DNA of 64,000 nucleotides from Octopus vulgaris. Taxonomy: Eukaryota. The notes under the pieces were generated by a model, which saw only the letters and a list, made by a program, of their open reading frames with translations, searched no databases and was not told the origin of the DNA. The stretch covers positions 99,696,001-99,760,000 of the forward strand of contig OX597815.1 of NCBI GenBank assembly GCA_951406725.2. Reading direction: 5' to 3'. Positions 26,175 through 39,809 of the stretch are shown in pieces. Each line of letters opens with the position of its first letter. The stretch's first letter is position 1. A program made the position numbers and the translations under genes.

Positions 26175-28925
26175 GTCCAAGCAAAAGCCCAAAGAATACG
26201 AAGATTTGAGAAGAGAAACAAGTTTTACAAGCAAAATAAGCTGTTCACATCCAATGCCAAAAAATTCTACAGAGAAATAGGGAAGGAGAAAGTAACCGTT
26301 AAAGACCCTCCTCCCATGGAAGAAGTTCAAAACTTTTGGGAAAGGATTTGGAGTGACAAGAAGACGTACAACATAAATGCAGACTGGATTATACAAACTG
26401 AAGGATCCTACCAAAATTTACAACAACAAGCATGGGAAGACATCACAATAGCAGACCTAAGAAAGGCACTCACGAAGGCCCATAATTGGAAATCCCCCGG
26501 TAAAGATAGGGTGCCGAATTTCTGGCTCGCATCGCTCCCGTGCGCACACGGTAAGCTAGTTCAGCTGCTTAATGGAATTTTGAGAGACCCAAAGAAAACA
26601 CCTGAATGGTTAGCAAGTGGCATTACTTACCTACTCCCAAAGAATAACGAAACCAACCTTCCCAAAAACTATCGGCCTATAACCTGTCTATCCACCACGT
26701 ATAAAATCCTAACATCTATCCTGGCGGAGAAAACATATGCATTCATGGAGAAGAACGATATTTTCCCCATTGAACAAAAAGGGTGCCGCCGAGGCTCTTA
26801 CGGATGCAAAGATCAACTGCTAATCAATCGTATGATCCTTGAGAACTGTCACAACAAGCGCAGAAATCTCAGCACCGCATGGATTGACTATAAAAAGGCC
26901 TTCGACAGTATACCGCATCCATGGATCTTGAGATCGCTGGACATCTTTAAAATTTCCCCTGTGATTTCAAACTTCCTGAAGCACAATATGTCGTTGTGGA
27001 ATACGAATCTCCAATTATACCACTCTAATGGAGTACTTGCCTCAGAAAATATAAACATCAACTGTGGAATTTTTCAAGGTGACTCACTTTCACCTTTAAT
27101 ATTCTGCATAGCCCTAATACCCCTTACAAGTGAATTAAACAGAACAGGGTATGGGTATAAAATTGCCAATAAAAAAATAAGCCATCTATTTTATATGGAT
27201 GACTTAAAACTTTATGATAAAGACAATAATGAACTTGAAGGCCTATTGCGCACCGTGAAAGCATTCAGCGATGACATCGGGATGGAGTTTGGACTTGAGA
27301 AGTGTGCCAAGGCCACTTTCCAGAAAGGGAAAGTGAAGACCACAAATTCAGTCGTGTTAGATGTTGACACAGTCATAAGAGAGCTTGAGCAAGAACAGAC
27401 ATACAAATATTTAGGGATAAATGAAGGCTCTGGTATTCAGCATGCAAGCATGAAAGAGAAAATCAGGAAGGAATGTTATAGGAGAGTTCGTGCAGTCCTG
27501 AAATCTGAACTAAATGCACGTAACAAGGTATTAGCTATAAATTCCTTAGCAGTTCCAGTTGTTACTTATAGCTACAATGTGTTGAACTGGAATATGAGTG
27601 AAGTAAAGAATATAGATAGAAAAATACGCAAGCTGCTGAGTTGTAATAGGATGCACCACCCAAAGGCAGACGTAGATCGCCTTTACCTTCCCAGAGCCCA
27701 AGGAGGTCGAGGCCTGATCCAATTTGAAATAGCTTACAAAACAACCACAATTGGACTGGCCAAATATCTCGAAATATCGAATGACTGGATGCTAAAGCTC
27801 GTGGAAAATCACGAGAGACGAAAGAAGCTTCATTCTATCATCAAGGAAAGCAAAAAATTTGCTATTGATCTCGTGCAGGATACCCAAACTGAACAACCCG
27901 AGGGAAGTACGGCAACTATTGTTGCAAAGAAGGTGAAAATGATGGCAATGAAAAAAGCGCACGAGCAATTGGCTGATAGGTGGGAGGAGAAACCTCTGCA
28001 CGGCAAATATGTGACCCGCAGCAAACAAGCTGATGTTGACCAGAAGCAAACCCATCAGTGGCTGCGGAGCTCAGGGCTAAAAGCAGAGAGCGAAGGTTTC
28101 ATCCTGGCTGCTCAAGACCAAAGCCTATTAACCCGGAACTACCAGGCCAATGTGATGAAAAATGGAGCAGACCCAAAATGCCGATTCTGCAACGACATGA
28201 TTGAAACAGTGGACCACCTAATCTCTGGATGTAAAGTCTTAGCACCAGTGGAGTATAAATTAAGACATGACAGAGTTGGCCAATATCTACACTGGCTAAT
28301 AAGTCGGCATTACAATATCAAAACTGCCGACAAGTGGTATAATCACCACCCTGAGGCTGTAACTGAAGGAGAAAATGTAACCATTCTGTGGGACTTTCCA
28401 GTACATACAGACCGAACCATCAAGGCCAATAAACCAGATATTGTTGTGAAAGACCAAAACAATAAAGTTTGCTTATTGATCGACATGAGCATCCCCTGTG
28501 ATCATAATATCTCAGCGAAAGAGTTTGACAAGCTCAGAAAATATAAAGACCTACTCATTGAAATTGAGAAAATGTGGCATCTCAAGGCGGTTACAATACC
28601 AGTGATCGTAGGAGCACTAGGAATGATCAAGAAGGGAACCGAAAATTATATGAGAATGATCCCTGGCTTACCATCCCTGCAAGAAGTGCAAAAGATTGTC
28701 TTAACTGGTACATCACACGTATTGAGAAGAGCATTGTCGATGTGAGAACTGTTGCTGCTCATGTATTTTAATTTAACTTTAAAAAAAAAAAAAAAAAAAA
28801 ATGAACGAACTACTGAGTTTGGTTTAATGGCCTACCAATATACACTATGAGTTTCTTTGCCCTAGGAGTCGGGAAGACACTCGGCAAGAAATGGAAGAAA
28901 ATTTGAAAGAAGAAAAAAAAAAAAA

Positions 28926-28926
<1 letters not shown>
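26175..28926 (+). mobile_element. Dong/R4-clade non-LTR retrotransposon (RT plus restriction-like endonuclease), 5'-truncated, inserted in (AAT)n
   Basis: Uninterrupted ORF from the (AAT)n junction at 26175 to the stop at 28745, a 180-bp 3' UTR ending in A-rich sequence, then (TAA)n. TAA-repeat targeting is known for Dong elements. Confidence 0.92.
26316..28745 (+). CDS. Reverse transcriptase - CCHC zinc knuckle - RLE (PD-D/ExK) polyprotein, N-terminally truncated
   Basis: KSPGKD, NYRPITCL, IDYKKAFDSIPH, GIFQGDSLSPLIF, YMDD, YKYLG, CRFC-x8-H-x4-C, RHD, NKPDIV...LIDMSIP, KLRKY. The frame is also open for 47 codons upstream (VQAKAQRIRRFEKR...) to 26175. Confidence 0.95.
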   Translation: MEEVQNFWERIWSDKKTYNINADWIIQTEGSYQNLQQQAWEDITIADLRKALTKAHNWKSPGKDRVPNFWLASLPCAHGKLVQLLNGILRDPKKTPEWLASGITYLLPKNNETNLPKNYRPITCLSTTYKILTSILAEKTYAFMEKNDIFPIEQKGCRRGSYGCKDQLLINRMILENCHNKRRNLSTAWIDYKKAFDSIPHPWILRSLDIFKISPVISNFLKHNMSLWNTNLQLYHSNGVLASENININCGIFQGDSLSPLIFCIALIPLTSELNRTGYGYKIANKKISHLFYMDDLKLYDKDNNELEGLLRTVKAFSDDIGMEFGLEKCAKATFQKGKVKTTNSVVLDVDTVIRELEQEQTYKYLGINEGSGIQHASMKEKIRKECYRRVRAVLKSELNARNKVLAINSLAVPVVTYSYNVLNWNMSEVKNIDRKIRKLLSCNRMHHPKADVDRLYLPRAQGGRGLIQFEIAYKTTTIGLAKYLEISNDWMLKLVENHERRKKLHSIIKESKKFAIDLVQDTQTEQPEGSTATIVAKKVKMMAMKKAHEQLADRWEEKPLHGKYVTRSKQADVDQKQTHQWLRSSGLKAESEGFILAAQDQSLLTRNYQANVMKNGADPKCRFCNDMIETVDHLISGCKVLAPVEYKLRHDRVGQYLHWLISRHYNIKTADKWYNHHPEAVTEGENVTILWDFPVHTDRTIKANKPDIVVKDQNNKVCLLIDMSIPCDHNISAKEFDKLRKYKDLLIEIEKMWHLKAVTIPVIVGALGMIKKGTENYMRMIPGLPSLQEVQKIVLTGTSHVLRRALSM

Positions 28927-28964
<38 letters not shown>

Positions 28965-29515
28965 GATGCCCTGATGCAATACATGGCACTCGCTGTCATA
29001 ACTTCTGATGTTAAATAATTGGATGTGTTATCATATACATGTTCTGTCTGGTGTAAAAGACGGGCTACAACAAATATTATGCTTAATACCACAGATTTGC
29101 CTCTCAGTTGTTTGGCTATAACCAGTTTATACGTCCCTTGGTGGCTGAGGGTATGTGCATCTCTGATCACGAGCAAAAGTAGTAGGGGAACATCATAGCC
29201 ATGTGTTGAGAGAAATTGTTTGGGAGAGTGACTAATTCACCTCTAGAAACATGGGTTTTTCGTTCAACATTCTTAAACAATCCTTATTCAGGGACCTTTT
29301 TGAGCGGGATGGGCTAGTCGACCTGAAGAAAATTCTAACTGGACCCTTCCTGCAAAATCATGCTCTGTTTATATTGATATGAAAACACAATGTCGCATAC
29401 TTATGGTTATGATGCGTGTGCGTGGTGTATCCTTTATCGCACGAGTATTCATGACGGGTGTATAGGGCTTCGCATATTTGTACCTCAGTGACACTTCGAT
29501 GGCATGCGCTGCTCT
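28965..29515 (+). repeat. Interspersed repeat with an oppositely oriented homologue at 32400-32908 (unclassified, SINE-like)
   Basis: ggggaacatcatagccatgtgttgagagaaattgtttgggagagtgactaattcacctctagaaacatggg is reverse-complemented at 32668-32737. Confidence 0.75.
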
Positions 29516-29534
29516 CTGACATAATATTGATAAT

Positions 29535-30126
29535 GATCTTTCTACTCAAGGACCAAAATTTTGGGTGAGAGGGCTTGTCCACTACATCGACGCCAGTACT
29601 TGACTGGTATTATTCTATTGACCCCCGAAAGGATGAAAAGCAAAGTTCACTCTGGCGGAATTTGAACTTAGAAAGTAAATGAGAGATGAAAGGCGCTAAG
29701 CATTTTTTCCGGTGCGGTAACGATTCTACTTGCTCGTATAGGCACCAGGCCTGAAATTTTGAGACAGTAGAGGGCCTAGTCGATTATATTGACCCCCATT
29801 GTTCGATTCATACTTATTCTCCGAAAGGATGGAAGACAAAATCGACCTCAGTGGAATTTGAACTCAAAACGTGAAGACAGATGAAATACCGCTATGCAGT
29901 TTACCAGGTGGGCTGATGCTTCTGCTTGCTCACCGTGTTTAATAACGGTTTCAAATTTTGACACATGACCAGTAATTTCGGGGGATGGATACGTCGATTA
30001 CATCGATCTCTGTGTTCAACTGGTACTTAAATTATCGACCCCGAAAGGATGAAAGGCAAAGTCGATCTCGGTAGAATTTGAACTCAGAACATAAACACGG
30101 ACGCGATTCTACCAGCTCGGCGTTTC
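29535..30126 (-). mobile_element. Three head-to-tail diverged SINE copies (14813 family)
   Basis: ccgaaaggatg(a/g)aa..caaa.t..ac.tc.g..gaatttgaact recurs near 29625, 29821 and 30041. Confidence 0.75.
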
Positions 30127-30129
30127 TTA

Positions 30130-30200
<71 letters not shown>

Positions 30201-30692
30201 CAACAACAACAACAACAACAGCAACAACAATGATGATGATGATGATGAGGATGATGAGGATGATGAGGATGATGAGGATGATGGGGATGATGATGATGAG
30301 TGATATGACCACGGTGACTGTGATGATAATACTAATAGTTAGAAATATAAATATCATTAATAAAGTGGAAAATAAAAAGAAGAAATGAAATGTTTCTGAG
30401 TGGACCCGTGCAGATATAAGAGAATTTTACATTTCAAAATAAATCCTTATTTCTACATTAAATATAAAATAGAAAATATGAATAGCTAAGTTTTCTTTCA
30501 TTTTTTCCCAACAATCTCTAAGAAGAAATATTACCCACAAGTCGAACACAATTGCTTAATCAAGCTATTGTGGTGTCTTTTACGACGAATCTTCACACAC
30601 CCCTATACCGAACTGAAAGTTTGACGTTTTATTCAGATCTTCAACTTCACATCGCCCTTTCACTCATAGGAACACAGTGAGATTTCTATTGA

Positions 30693-30759
<67 letters not shown>

Positions 30760-31799
30760 GTAACCATCATCATTAGCATCACTATCGTTATAATTATTAT
30801 TATTTTCATTGCCATCATTATCCTCACTATCTCCTTCAAAATCACATTTATTTTGAAGTTATTTTTGTTGTAGTTACTGTTGTCCATTATAGATACATTA
30901 GTAATTGTATTCCGTTGTGTTACTGCTTTAGGGCTAAACGTTAGCTGTTCGAAGACGAGTTCAACTTTTTGTGAGAATTTTGTTTGTGCGGATATTATGG
31001 ATATACTACCTTTTTTTTATGATAGCCAGCAAGAACATAGAACAGGCCTTCTTGCAAATTGGTAAGTGATTAAAATTAATGTCTGCCATCGTATATCGCA
31101 CTTTGAAGGTTTAATAATTTTCTACCATGTTTTCTGCTAGGAATGTAGTTTCTAGTTGTCATATTTAAAGTATATTTAGCGTGCACTTATTTTTTTTCTT
31201 TTTTTTCTTTTCTTTTTATTTATTTAGATTTCATACATTAAAGTTCAATAGAATTTAGACCTTTCATACTTCAATCGAATACTCAGCCTCACATATAACC
31301 TGTATAGAAAACGTAATAGAACAGATAGTACTCCTTCTATGGTTCTGCTTTGTTGCGGTTTGTGTTCATTGTCTAAAACTTACGCACGTAATTTTACGTT
31401 CATCGATGCCGAAGTATTTTTAGAACGCCGAATTTCCCAGTTCCCATATTATTTCAGCTTCTCGAAGTTTGAAATCATGTCTCGTCATGTTGTCATATTC
31501 TTGCTTTTCTTCAGTCAAAAGACCATCTTAAAGACCCTACTAAAGTGTATGACACTCTGACGAAAGCTTCGAACTAGATTGATAATAGCCAGTTATATAA
31601 AGTTCATGGAGACATGCAACATAATCTTGGACCTCCTTTTCTTCATGGGGTGTTCCACTTTGGCTGCTTTTAGAAACTGAGTATCGGTAGCAAGCTTAGG
31701 CTAAGATATATACCAGAATATCAACCAGTTTATAATCACGATAATGATACTGACTGTAAGAACTCTATGTTAATTCATAACTGCTTTATGATCTTTTCC

Positions 31800-32000
31800 A
31801 CGGGGGTCATCAAATTAATATAATTGCAGATCTTGATAATCCAGTCATTGGGATCGTATCAAAAACCTTCTTGTGATCGATTTCAGTGAATACCGAGTTC
31901 TTTTTGTGTATATCTGTATAATCTAATAATAGTTTGTGAAACAATGAACTGATTGATTTTTCTGCATGACTTAGGTGTACGCACCTATGCAAAATGATTT
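31800..32000 (-). pseudogene. Very old RT remnant (Dong/R4-like)
   Basis: KLLLD...KKNSVFTEIDHKKVFDTIP resembles RNLSTAWIDYKKAFDSIP of the intact element. Confidence 0.45.
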
Positions 32001-32399
32001 ATACATCTATATTCAATTCACTGTTCAGCTGTTATCAAAAATTATTGCTGGATTCCAGTAGTTGCAAAAGTAAGACTTGCTGATATTGATCATATATTAT
32101 ATTGTATTGCGCTAAATATAATATCTATACTCTTAAAATTGCTATCGCTAACTTCCATTATTTTTAACACGCTGCATTGATTATTTGTATAAGTCGTCCA
32201 TTGTGTTCTTTGGCTCGTTGTTGCCGTTTCCTCCTTTCTTTTAGCGTTTCATGAGACGACACAATCAAATAATGTCATTCATATTTTCCTTATTTTGATT
32301 GTTGTGAAGAAATGTTGTAATACTAAAAAGTATTTGTTTTGAGAGATCTCTTTACATTTTTAAATTTCGACAGGTTGACATAATAATACTATTATTATT

Positions 32400-32908
32400 A
32401 TTGAGTGAGAGAACAGTGCATGCCACCAAAGTGACACTAGGGTAAAATATACAAAGCCCAGTATACCCATCATGACTACCCGTCAGATAAGGGAACACTA
32501 GACACATGCATCATAACCATATGTACGCGACATGGTGATTTCATATCAAGATAAACAGCACATGACCTTGCAGGTGGGGCCAGGTTGGAGTTTTCTTCAG
32601 GTCGAGTAACCCATCCCGCTCAAACGGTCTCTGAATAAGGGTTGTTTAAGGATGTTGAACGAAACACCCATGTTTCTAGAGGTGAATTAGTCACTCTCCC
32701 AAACAATTTCTCTCAACACATGGCTATGATGTTCCCCCACTACTTCTGCTCGTGATTAGAGATGCACATATCATCAGCCACTAAGGGACATGCTCAACTG
32801 GTTAAGGTCAAACAACTGACAGGCAAATCTGTGGTATTGAGCAGAATATTTGCTGTAGCCCATCTTTTATACCAAGACAAAATAATGTACATGATAACAC
32901 TTCCAATC
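32400..32908 (-). repeat. Second copy of the 28965-29515 repeat
   Basis: Collinear reverse-complement similarity over about 450 bp, next to (TTA)n. Confidence 0.75.
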
Positions 32909-32911
32909 AGC

Positions 32912-32992
<81 letters not shown>

Positions 32993-33013
32993 CATTATTA
33001 TTATTATTATTAT

Positions 33014-33046
<33 letters not shown>

Positions 33047-33047
33047 T

Positions 33048-33348
33048 TGTTTGAGTTTTGCTTTGTATTTGTATAAGCTGACTCCAAGTCTCACCCAGAA
33101 ACCTCAAGAGACAACAAGTTAGAAGTTCAAGTAGCTATTATGCTTAGGGTGTCATATATTTGGTTTTGCACATAGCGTTGTACTAGAGAATGTTTAAGAA
33201 ACCATAAGAAAATTATGTTTGTTTTAAAACTTGGGATTACATAGAAAGTATTTTGTGTAGGATATGAGCAGTTCCCATGAGCACTATCTTTTGAATTTCT
33301 CCCATTTGGGGATTTCCTGGTATCTGAGCTAGGTAGCAATCAGCCCCT
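33048..33348 (-). mobile_element. Dong/R4-type 3' end
   Basis: GNPQMGEIQKIVLMGTAHILHKILSM* followed by a UTR running into (AAT)n. Confidence 0.7.
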
Positions 33349-33353
33349 TATTA

Positions 33354-33905
33354 TTGGGTTGTCTAGAAAGTTCGTGCATATTTATAGTAGCTTACTGTTC
33401 GACTTATTTTAGAACATGGTTGAGTTCATAAAATAGGATTTGACTAAACCTCAATTTAGAGAAAAGCTTAAGCTATCTTTTCGTGGAAGAAGGTTTATGT
33501 TCCTATAACTTGTGTTAATTCTGTAACCCTTTAAAATGGAAGATAAGAAAATTCATTTTCGGCACTTGATGCTTTGGGAACCAGGCAAAAATTGCTGCAG
33601 CTTGGCTAAGATGTGTTACCCCACCCTCCATATCCACCAGATATTGCTCTTTCGGATTTCCACTTATTCAGGTCTCTGCAGGATAGTCTTAATGGTAAAA
33701 ATTTCAATTCCTTGGATGACGTAAAAAGATACCTTGATGAACTCTTTGCCATGAAACCACCTCAATTCTGGGAAGAGGGCATTTTCAAGTTAAAGGAAAA
33801 ATGGAGACGCATTGTACAACAAAATGGTTCATATATGGTGGATTAAGAATGTCATGGCAAATATTTATTGACCTTTTTCTTTCCTTTAAAAATCGGACAA
33901 CCCAA
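33354..33905 (+). mobile_element. Internally deleted mariner element
   Basis: Termini TA-ttgggttgtc...gacaacccaa-TA. N-terminus MEDKKIHFRHLMLWE is joined to C-terminal LPHPPYPPDIALSDFHLFRSLQ...FWEEGIFKLKEKW (variant of the mariner YSPDLAPSD motif). Confidence 0.88.
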
Positions 33906-33925
33906 TATTATTATTATTATTATTA

Positions 33926-34338
33926 CTTATTTTTTTCTTCTTTCAAATTTGCTTCCATTTCTTGCCGAGTGTCTTCCCGACTCCTAGGGCAAAGAAACTC
34001 ATAGTATGCATTGGTAGTCCATTAAACCAAACTCAATAGTTCGTTCATTTTTTTTTTTTTTTTTTTTAAAGTTAAATTAAAATACATGAGCAGCAACAGT
34101 TCTCACATCGACAATGCTCTTCTCAATACGTGTGATGTACCAGTTAAGACAATCTTTTGCACTTCTTGCAGGGATAGTAAGCCAGGGATCATTCTCATAT
34201 AATTTTCGGTTCCCTTCTTGATCATTCCTAGTGCTCCTACGATCACTGGTATTGTAACCGCCTTGAGATGCCACATTTTCTCAATTTCAATGAGTAGGTC
34301 TTTATATTTTCTGAGCTTGTCAAACTCTTTCGCTGAGA

Positions 34339-34339
<1 letters not shown>
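33926..34339 (-). mobile_element. Near-identical 5'-truncated copy of the 26175-28926 element
   Basis: ISAKEFDKLRKYKDLLIEIEKMW...HVLRRALSM differs at one residue from the long copy. It has the same 3' UTR and (TAA)n on both sides. Confidence 0.92.
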
Positions 34340-34369
<30 letters not shown>

Positions 34370-34408
34370 TATTATTATTATTATTATTATCATTATTATT
34401 ATTATCAT

Positions 34409-34551
<143 letters not shown>

Positions 34552-34876
34552 TCACCATTATCATTATCATTATTTTCATTAGCATCTTCTTTCAATTCTG
34601 TTTCCATTTCTTGCCGATTGTCTTCCTAAGTGTCTTCTTGCCGAGTGTCTTCTGTTAATCATACATTCTTTCATATAGCTCTTGCTTGGTTACATAATCT
34701 CTGTTCTGTAATTTCAAACAGATCCACTGCCTTCCATTCACTGTGCGTTCATTTTAAATACCCTCTGACAGGCACACCATTTGCGTCCACTGGAGTGCTC
34801 TAGTAGTAACACTTCATAACCATCATGTTTACTTGTTTATTCCACTTATGTCTTGTAGCATGACTAGCAGTAGCTG

Positions 34877-34969
<93 letters not shown>

Positions 34970-35880
34970 TTTTACTCTGCATGTTTGTTACAATCACTCG
35001 CCGAGACACACCCAGCGTCCTAGGGCGAGTGAAGGACAAGATATGCTACATTATGACTGAAAGCTTGGGGAAAGAGAAGTGGCAGGGGCAGTAGCGAAAT
35101 AGCTTCATGTAATACAACACACACATTCAAATTGATAGGGTTTTTCTAAGGATGTGAGCAGTACCTGCCAGCACAATCTTTTGGATTACTCTAAGACATG
35201 GTTCTCCTGGGATACTATCTAGATGTTTATGAAATCTCTTTCTTATCATACCTGGGTCACCCGCAATAACAGGAACAGTTCTCACCTTAAGATGCCACAT
35301 CTTTTGTATTTCAATTTCCAGGCACTTATATTTACTTAATTTGTAAAATTTCTTTACAGATATATTTTTATCAGTCGGAATATTTACGTCTTTTAGTCTA
35401 AAAGTATTTTTTCCGTCTTCAATGACTATATCTGGTCGATTAGCCTGGATCGTTCTGTCGGTGTTGAGTGGAAAATCCCATTGGATGATGACATTTTTTA
35501 CCTTCAACGACTGGCGCAGGATGATGTTCATGCCAGTAAGCAAGAGTGCTAATTTTACAGTGTTTACATATTTTCCAATATAAATACTATCCTACCCTAT
35601 CATGTTAATTTTGTATTGGTTTGAGACGAGATGGTTGTTTCATCAAATTTATCACTGAATTTGCATTTGGGGTCATAATCATTTTGAAGAACTTTAGTCA
35701 GGTAGTTTTTGGTAAGCATGTTTTGATCTTGTACCGCTAATATTAAACCTTTAGTCTCTGCTTTCAGTCCCCAGTTTATCAGCCACTGATGGGTTGTTGC
35801 TTGGCCTACAGCAGCAATTTGCTTTCGAAGTACATACAGTCTATGCGTAGGCTTCTAGCTCCACTACTCCTTAATTTTTT
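34970..35880 (-). pseudogene. Decayed Dong/R4-type 3' portion (another family)
   Basis: THQWL...GLKAETKGLILAVQDQ, WDFPLNTDRTIQANRPDIVI, IQKMWHLKVRTVPVIAG, IQKIVLAGTAHILRKTLSI*. Confidence 0.85.
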
Positions 35881-35929
35881 CTGCCAGTTCGTTTCTCTTC
35901 TATTATTATTATCATTATTATTTTCTCTT

Positions 35930-36040
35930 TATTCACAGTGGCAATACTCTTCTGAATACGTGTGATGTACTAGTTAAAACAATCTGTTGCACTTACTGCA
36001 TAGATAGTAAGCTAGAGACCATTCTTAAATAATTTTCACT
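35930..36040 (-). mobile_element. Short diverged Dong/R4 3' fragment
   Basis: aatacgtgtgatgtactagttaaaacaatctgttgcactt resembles 34125-34164. Confidence 0.6.
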
Positions 36041-36062
36041 TGTTGTTGTTGTTGTTATTATA

Positions 36063-36098
<36 letters not shown>

Positions 36099-36225
36099 GT
36101 TGTTGTTGTTGTTGTTGTTGTTGTTATTATCATTGTTATTATTGTTGTTGTTATTATTATTATTATTGTTATTATTATTATTGTTATTATTATTATTGTT
36201 ATTATTATTATTGTTATTATTATTA

Positions 36226-36275
<50 letters not shown>

Positions 36276-37126
36276 TTCTCTTTAATACAGGTTTTGTTGG
36301 AGTTCCTCTAACTCACTGCTGTTAATAGTTGCTAGCTGTGTAGCAACATTGCAGTGATTTAAAGCTTCTTCGACATCTGTTCCAACATTTTTTCATTTGC
36401 TCTCCAAGCAAATAGTGGTCTTCGAAGCTTCATCCTTATGCATTAATTTGCAGTCTGTTCCATTAAAAATTTTACAAATATTGTCAACTTTTCTGTTATA
36501 ACTCCTTAATCATACTATCATGTTACATATTTCTTAAACGATAATTATAAGTCCACGTCACAGTATATGGTAGACGTCATGCTGTGCAAGCGATTATTGA
36601 ACATATGTGAATATTAGGATTGATATCAGGTTTAGCTTATTTTTGATTATGGTGATCCGACGAACTCAAAAGAAAATGATTTCAACCATCAAAGGCCTAC
36701 TTCACCATTTCTTATTTTAAAAAATGATCTTTCACCTGTTTTCATTCTAGTTTGATTCCATAAGTGCAAAAAACACCGTTTGGTATATTGTCTCTAAATG
36801 GAGTAAAACAAAGCATTTGGATTATTTCCATGGACAGGAACACAGACCTGATGTCATTTATCACAATATAGCGACCGATTCGATGTCTACTGAAAAAGTC
36901 TTATCCCGTACTAAACTACGTGTAAGGTAGAAACATTTAAGTGTTTCTGTGATTAATTTATTAATATGTGTAAATCGCCATGATATTATGTTATACTAAA
37001 CAATCAATTTAGCAGACTCCCTATATTTAGTGTACTATTATTATCGCAATGAAATAATATAAATATGTAACAGAATAGAAAATATATGTATGTATATATA
37101 CATATACATGTGTGCATGCGCATAAC

Positions 37127-37184
<58 letters not shown>

Positions 37185-37399
37185 TATATTATAAGAGATA
37201 ATGGTGTCATTGAGACCCAAAGGTGTCAGAAGATGCTGAATAAGTGCTATAGACAGATCATAGTTAAGTTCCAGATTCGGTAATATTACGAATAAAGGGT
37301 TCAACGTTGGTTCTATGTCAGCGTGTGTATATACGAAATTTTTAGGTACTGAGATGAAAAACCAAGGCTGTATAGATATTAGAGCATTTATAGATAGAA

Positions 37400-37453
37400 G
37401 GTCTTACAGCTGTTTCTAGGATATTAATTAATAATATCCCTTCATCGGGGACG
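37400..37453 (-). ncRNA. Degenerate minimal hammerhead ribozyme within a (TA)n-flanked repeat (37195-37465)
   Basis: gtcc-CCGATGA-ag-ggatatta(ttaat)taatatcc-ta-GAAA-cagctg-TA-agac. It has the same palindromic CAGCTG stem III as the 5085-5196 motif. Confidence 0.6.
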
Positions 37454-37777
37454 GTGTGAGAGGAAATATATATAAATATAATATATATATTGTATGTGTG
37501 TGTGTGTGTGCGTGTGTGTGTGTGTGTGTGTAAAACCTACACAAGATACTTAGTATCATAGAAAAGCTGCATGGAAACATTCAAAGCTACACGTACACAT
37601 ATTCATATATGTGGGTGTGAGTTCGCGTGCGAAGTATGTGCGAGTATCTGTACCTTTCTATCTGTAAAGATATCGCTGCGTCAGTATGCTTATACATATA
37701 TAATATACAAACACACACACACTCACACACATATAGGCATATGTACTTATGTATATGTATATACATATATATATGTA

Positions 37778-37883
<106 letters not shown>

Positions 37884-38072
37884 GATACATACATACATAT
37901 TTACATACATATATACATACATACATATATACATACATATATTATCAATGAAGGATCCATAACAAAATATATGCTGATGGCAATTTACCTTCAAACAATG
38001 AGATTAATTTGTGCAGAAAATGGTGCTCCAACAGAGACCTATGCTTATTTATAAAAGTTACATATACACACA

Positions 38073-38208
<136 letters not shown>

Positions 38209-38281
38209 TGTATAAAAATAAGTATGGATATAGATATATATAATTATATACTGATATATACATAATATGTGTATATACACA

Positions 38282-38340
<59 letters not shown>

Positions 38341-38342
38341 AT

Positions 38343-38374
<32 letters not shown>

Positions 38375-38554
38375 GCGAGTGGGAGAAGAAATACAAGGGG
38401 GAGAGATATGTGTTCATCTATTTGAATTATTTTACTGCTAACGTCTGAGTAAAACAGAGGCACCCTGCTACGACGCAATCTTATAGTTATACACAACCTA
38501 TTTACATATATTTACTACATGTATACATGCATACATATATAAGTACATATATGT

Positions 38555-38616
<62 letters not shown>

Positions 38617-38725
38617 CGACGGTGCATCAGCATGGCCACAGCTCTGAGCTGAAACTACAGCGAAAAAATATATATGCGATCACATGCATGCACACACATG
38701 TATTCTTTTATGAATGCAAATATAA

Positions 38726-38830
<105 letters not shown>

Positions 38831-39652
38831 TGTATGTATGTATGTATGTATGTATGTGTGCGTGAGTGTATATATGTATGTACCCATGTTTGTATGTATG
38901 TATTATTGAGAGGACGGTCTCTGTTATTTAGCTTCTGGATTTGTTTATAATCGGAAGTGAATTCTGAATATCTGCAAATGACCAATTAGAAAGTATGCAT
39001 CTTCAGACAACAGTTACATTGCATTAGCAATGAAATGCGATACCTCAACCACGACACACATAAATGAATGGAAATCTACAAAAGAAGTGAATCGCCTTTG
39101 GCGGTATATAAGCCAGAATTTTAAATAACTCCTCTATATGTATACTATGGTGTTCATTTCCGCTTTATTTATATTTTACCTAAATTTATTCCACAATATT
39201 TGCAAACTGATGCGACGTAAAATATATAGTCATAATTTCTCATACATACAAACACTACGAGCACAATACACCAAACTCGTGTATATGCGTTCTTGCGTAT
39301 AACTATATTCATCATGATATACATACATACATACGTACATACATACATACATACATACATACATACGTAAATACATACACACATAACACATACATACATA
39401 CATACATACATACATACATACATACATACATACATACACACATACATACATACGTACAGTGGGTGGTGAATTCCAGTGTCCAACATTGACTTTGTGGAAC
39501 ACGAGTGAGGATGAGAGAACTCAATGCATATATTATTGAGAAGATGGTGTATTTAAACTATTTCTTCTCGCTACATGAATTTTACGACGTGTCGCTCGTC
39601 AGATAGGAGCAAAGAAATTCACATGCATCGAGAAACATATGTGTGTGTGAGT

Positions 39653-39703
<51 letters not shown>

Positions 39704-39809
39704 CGTGAATTTGCTGGTCTTCACTTTGAAAGGATTAGTAAAACAAATCGACCCTAGCACTTATTACATTATTTTGTAGAACCGCTAGGTTGTATATATA
39801 GATATATAC

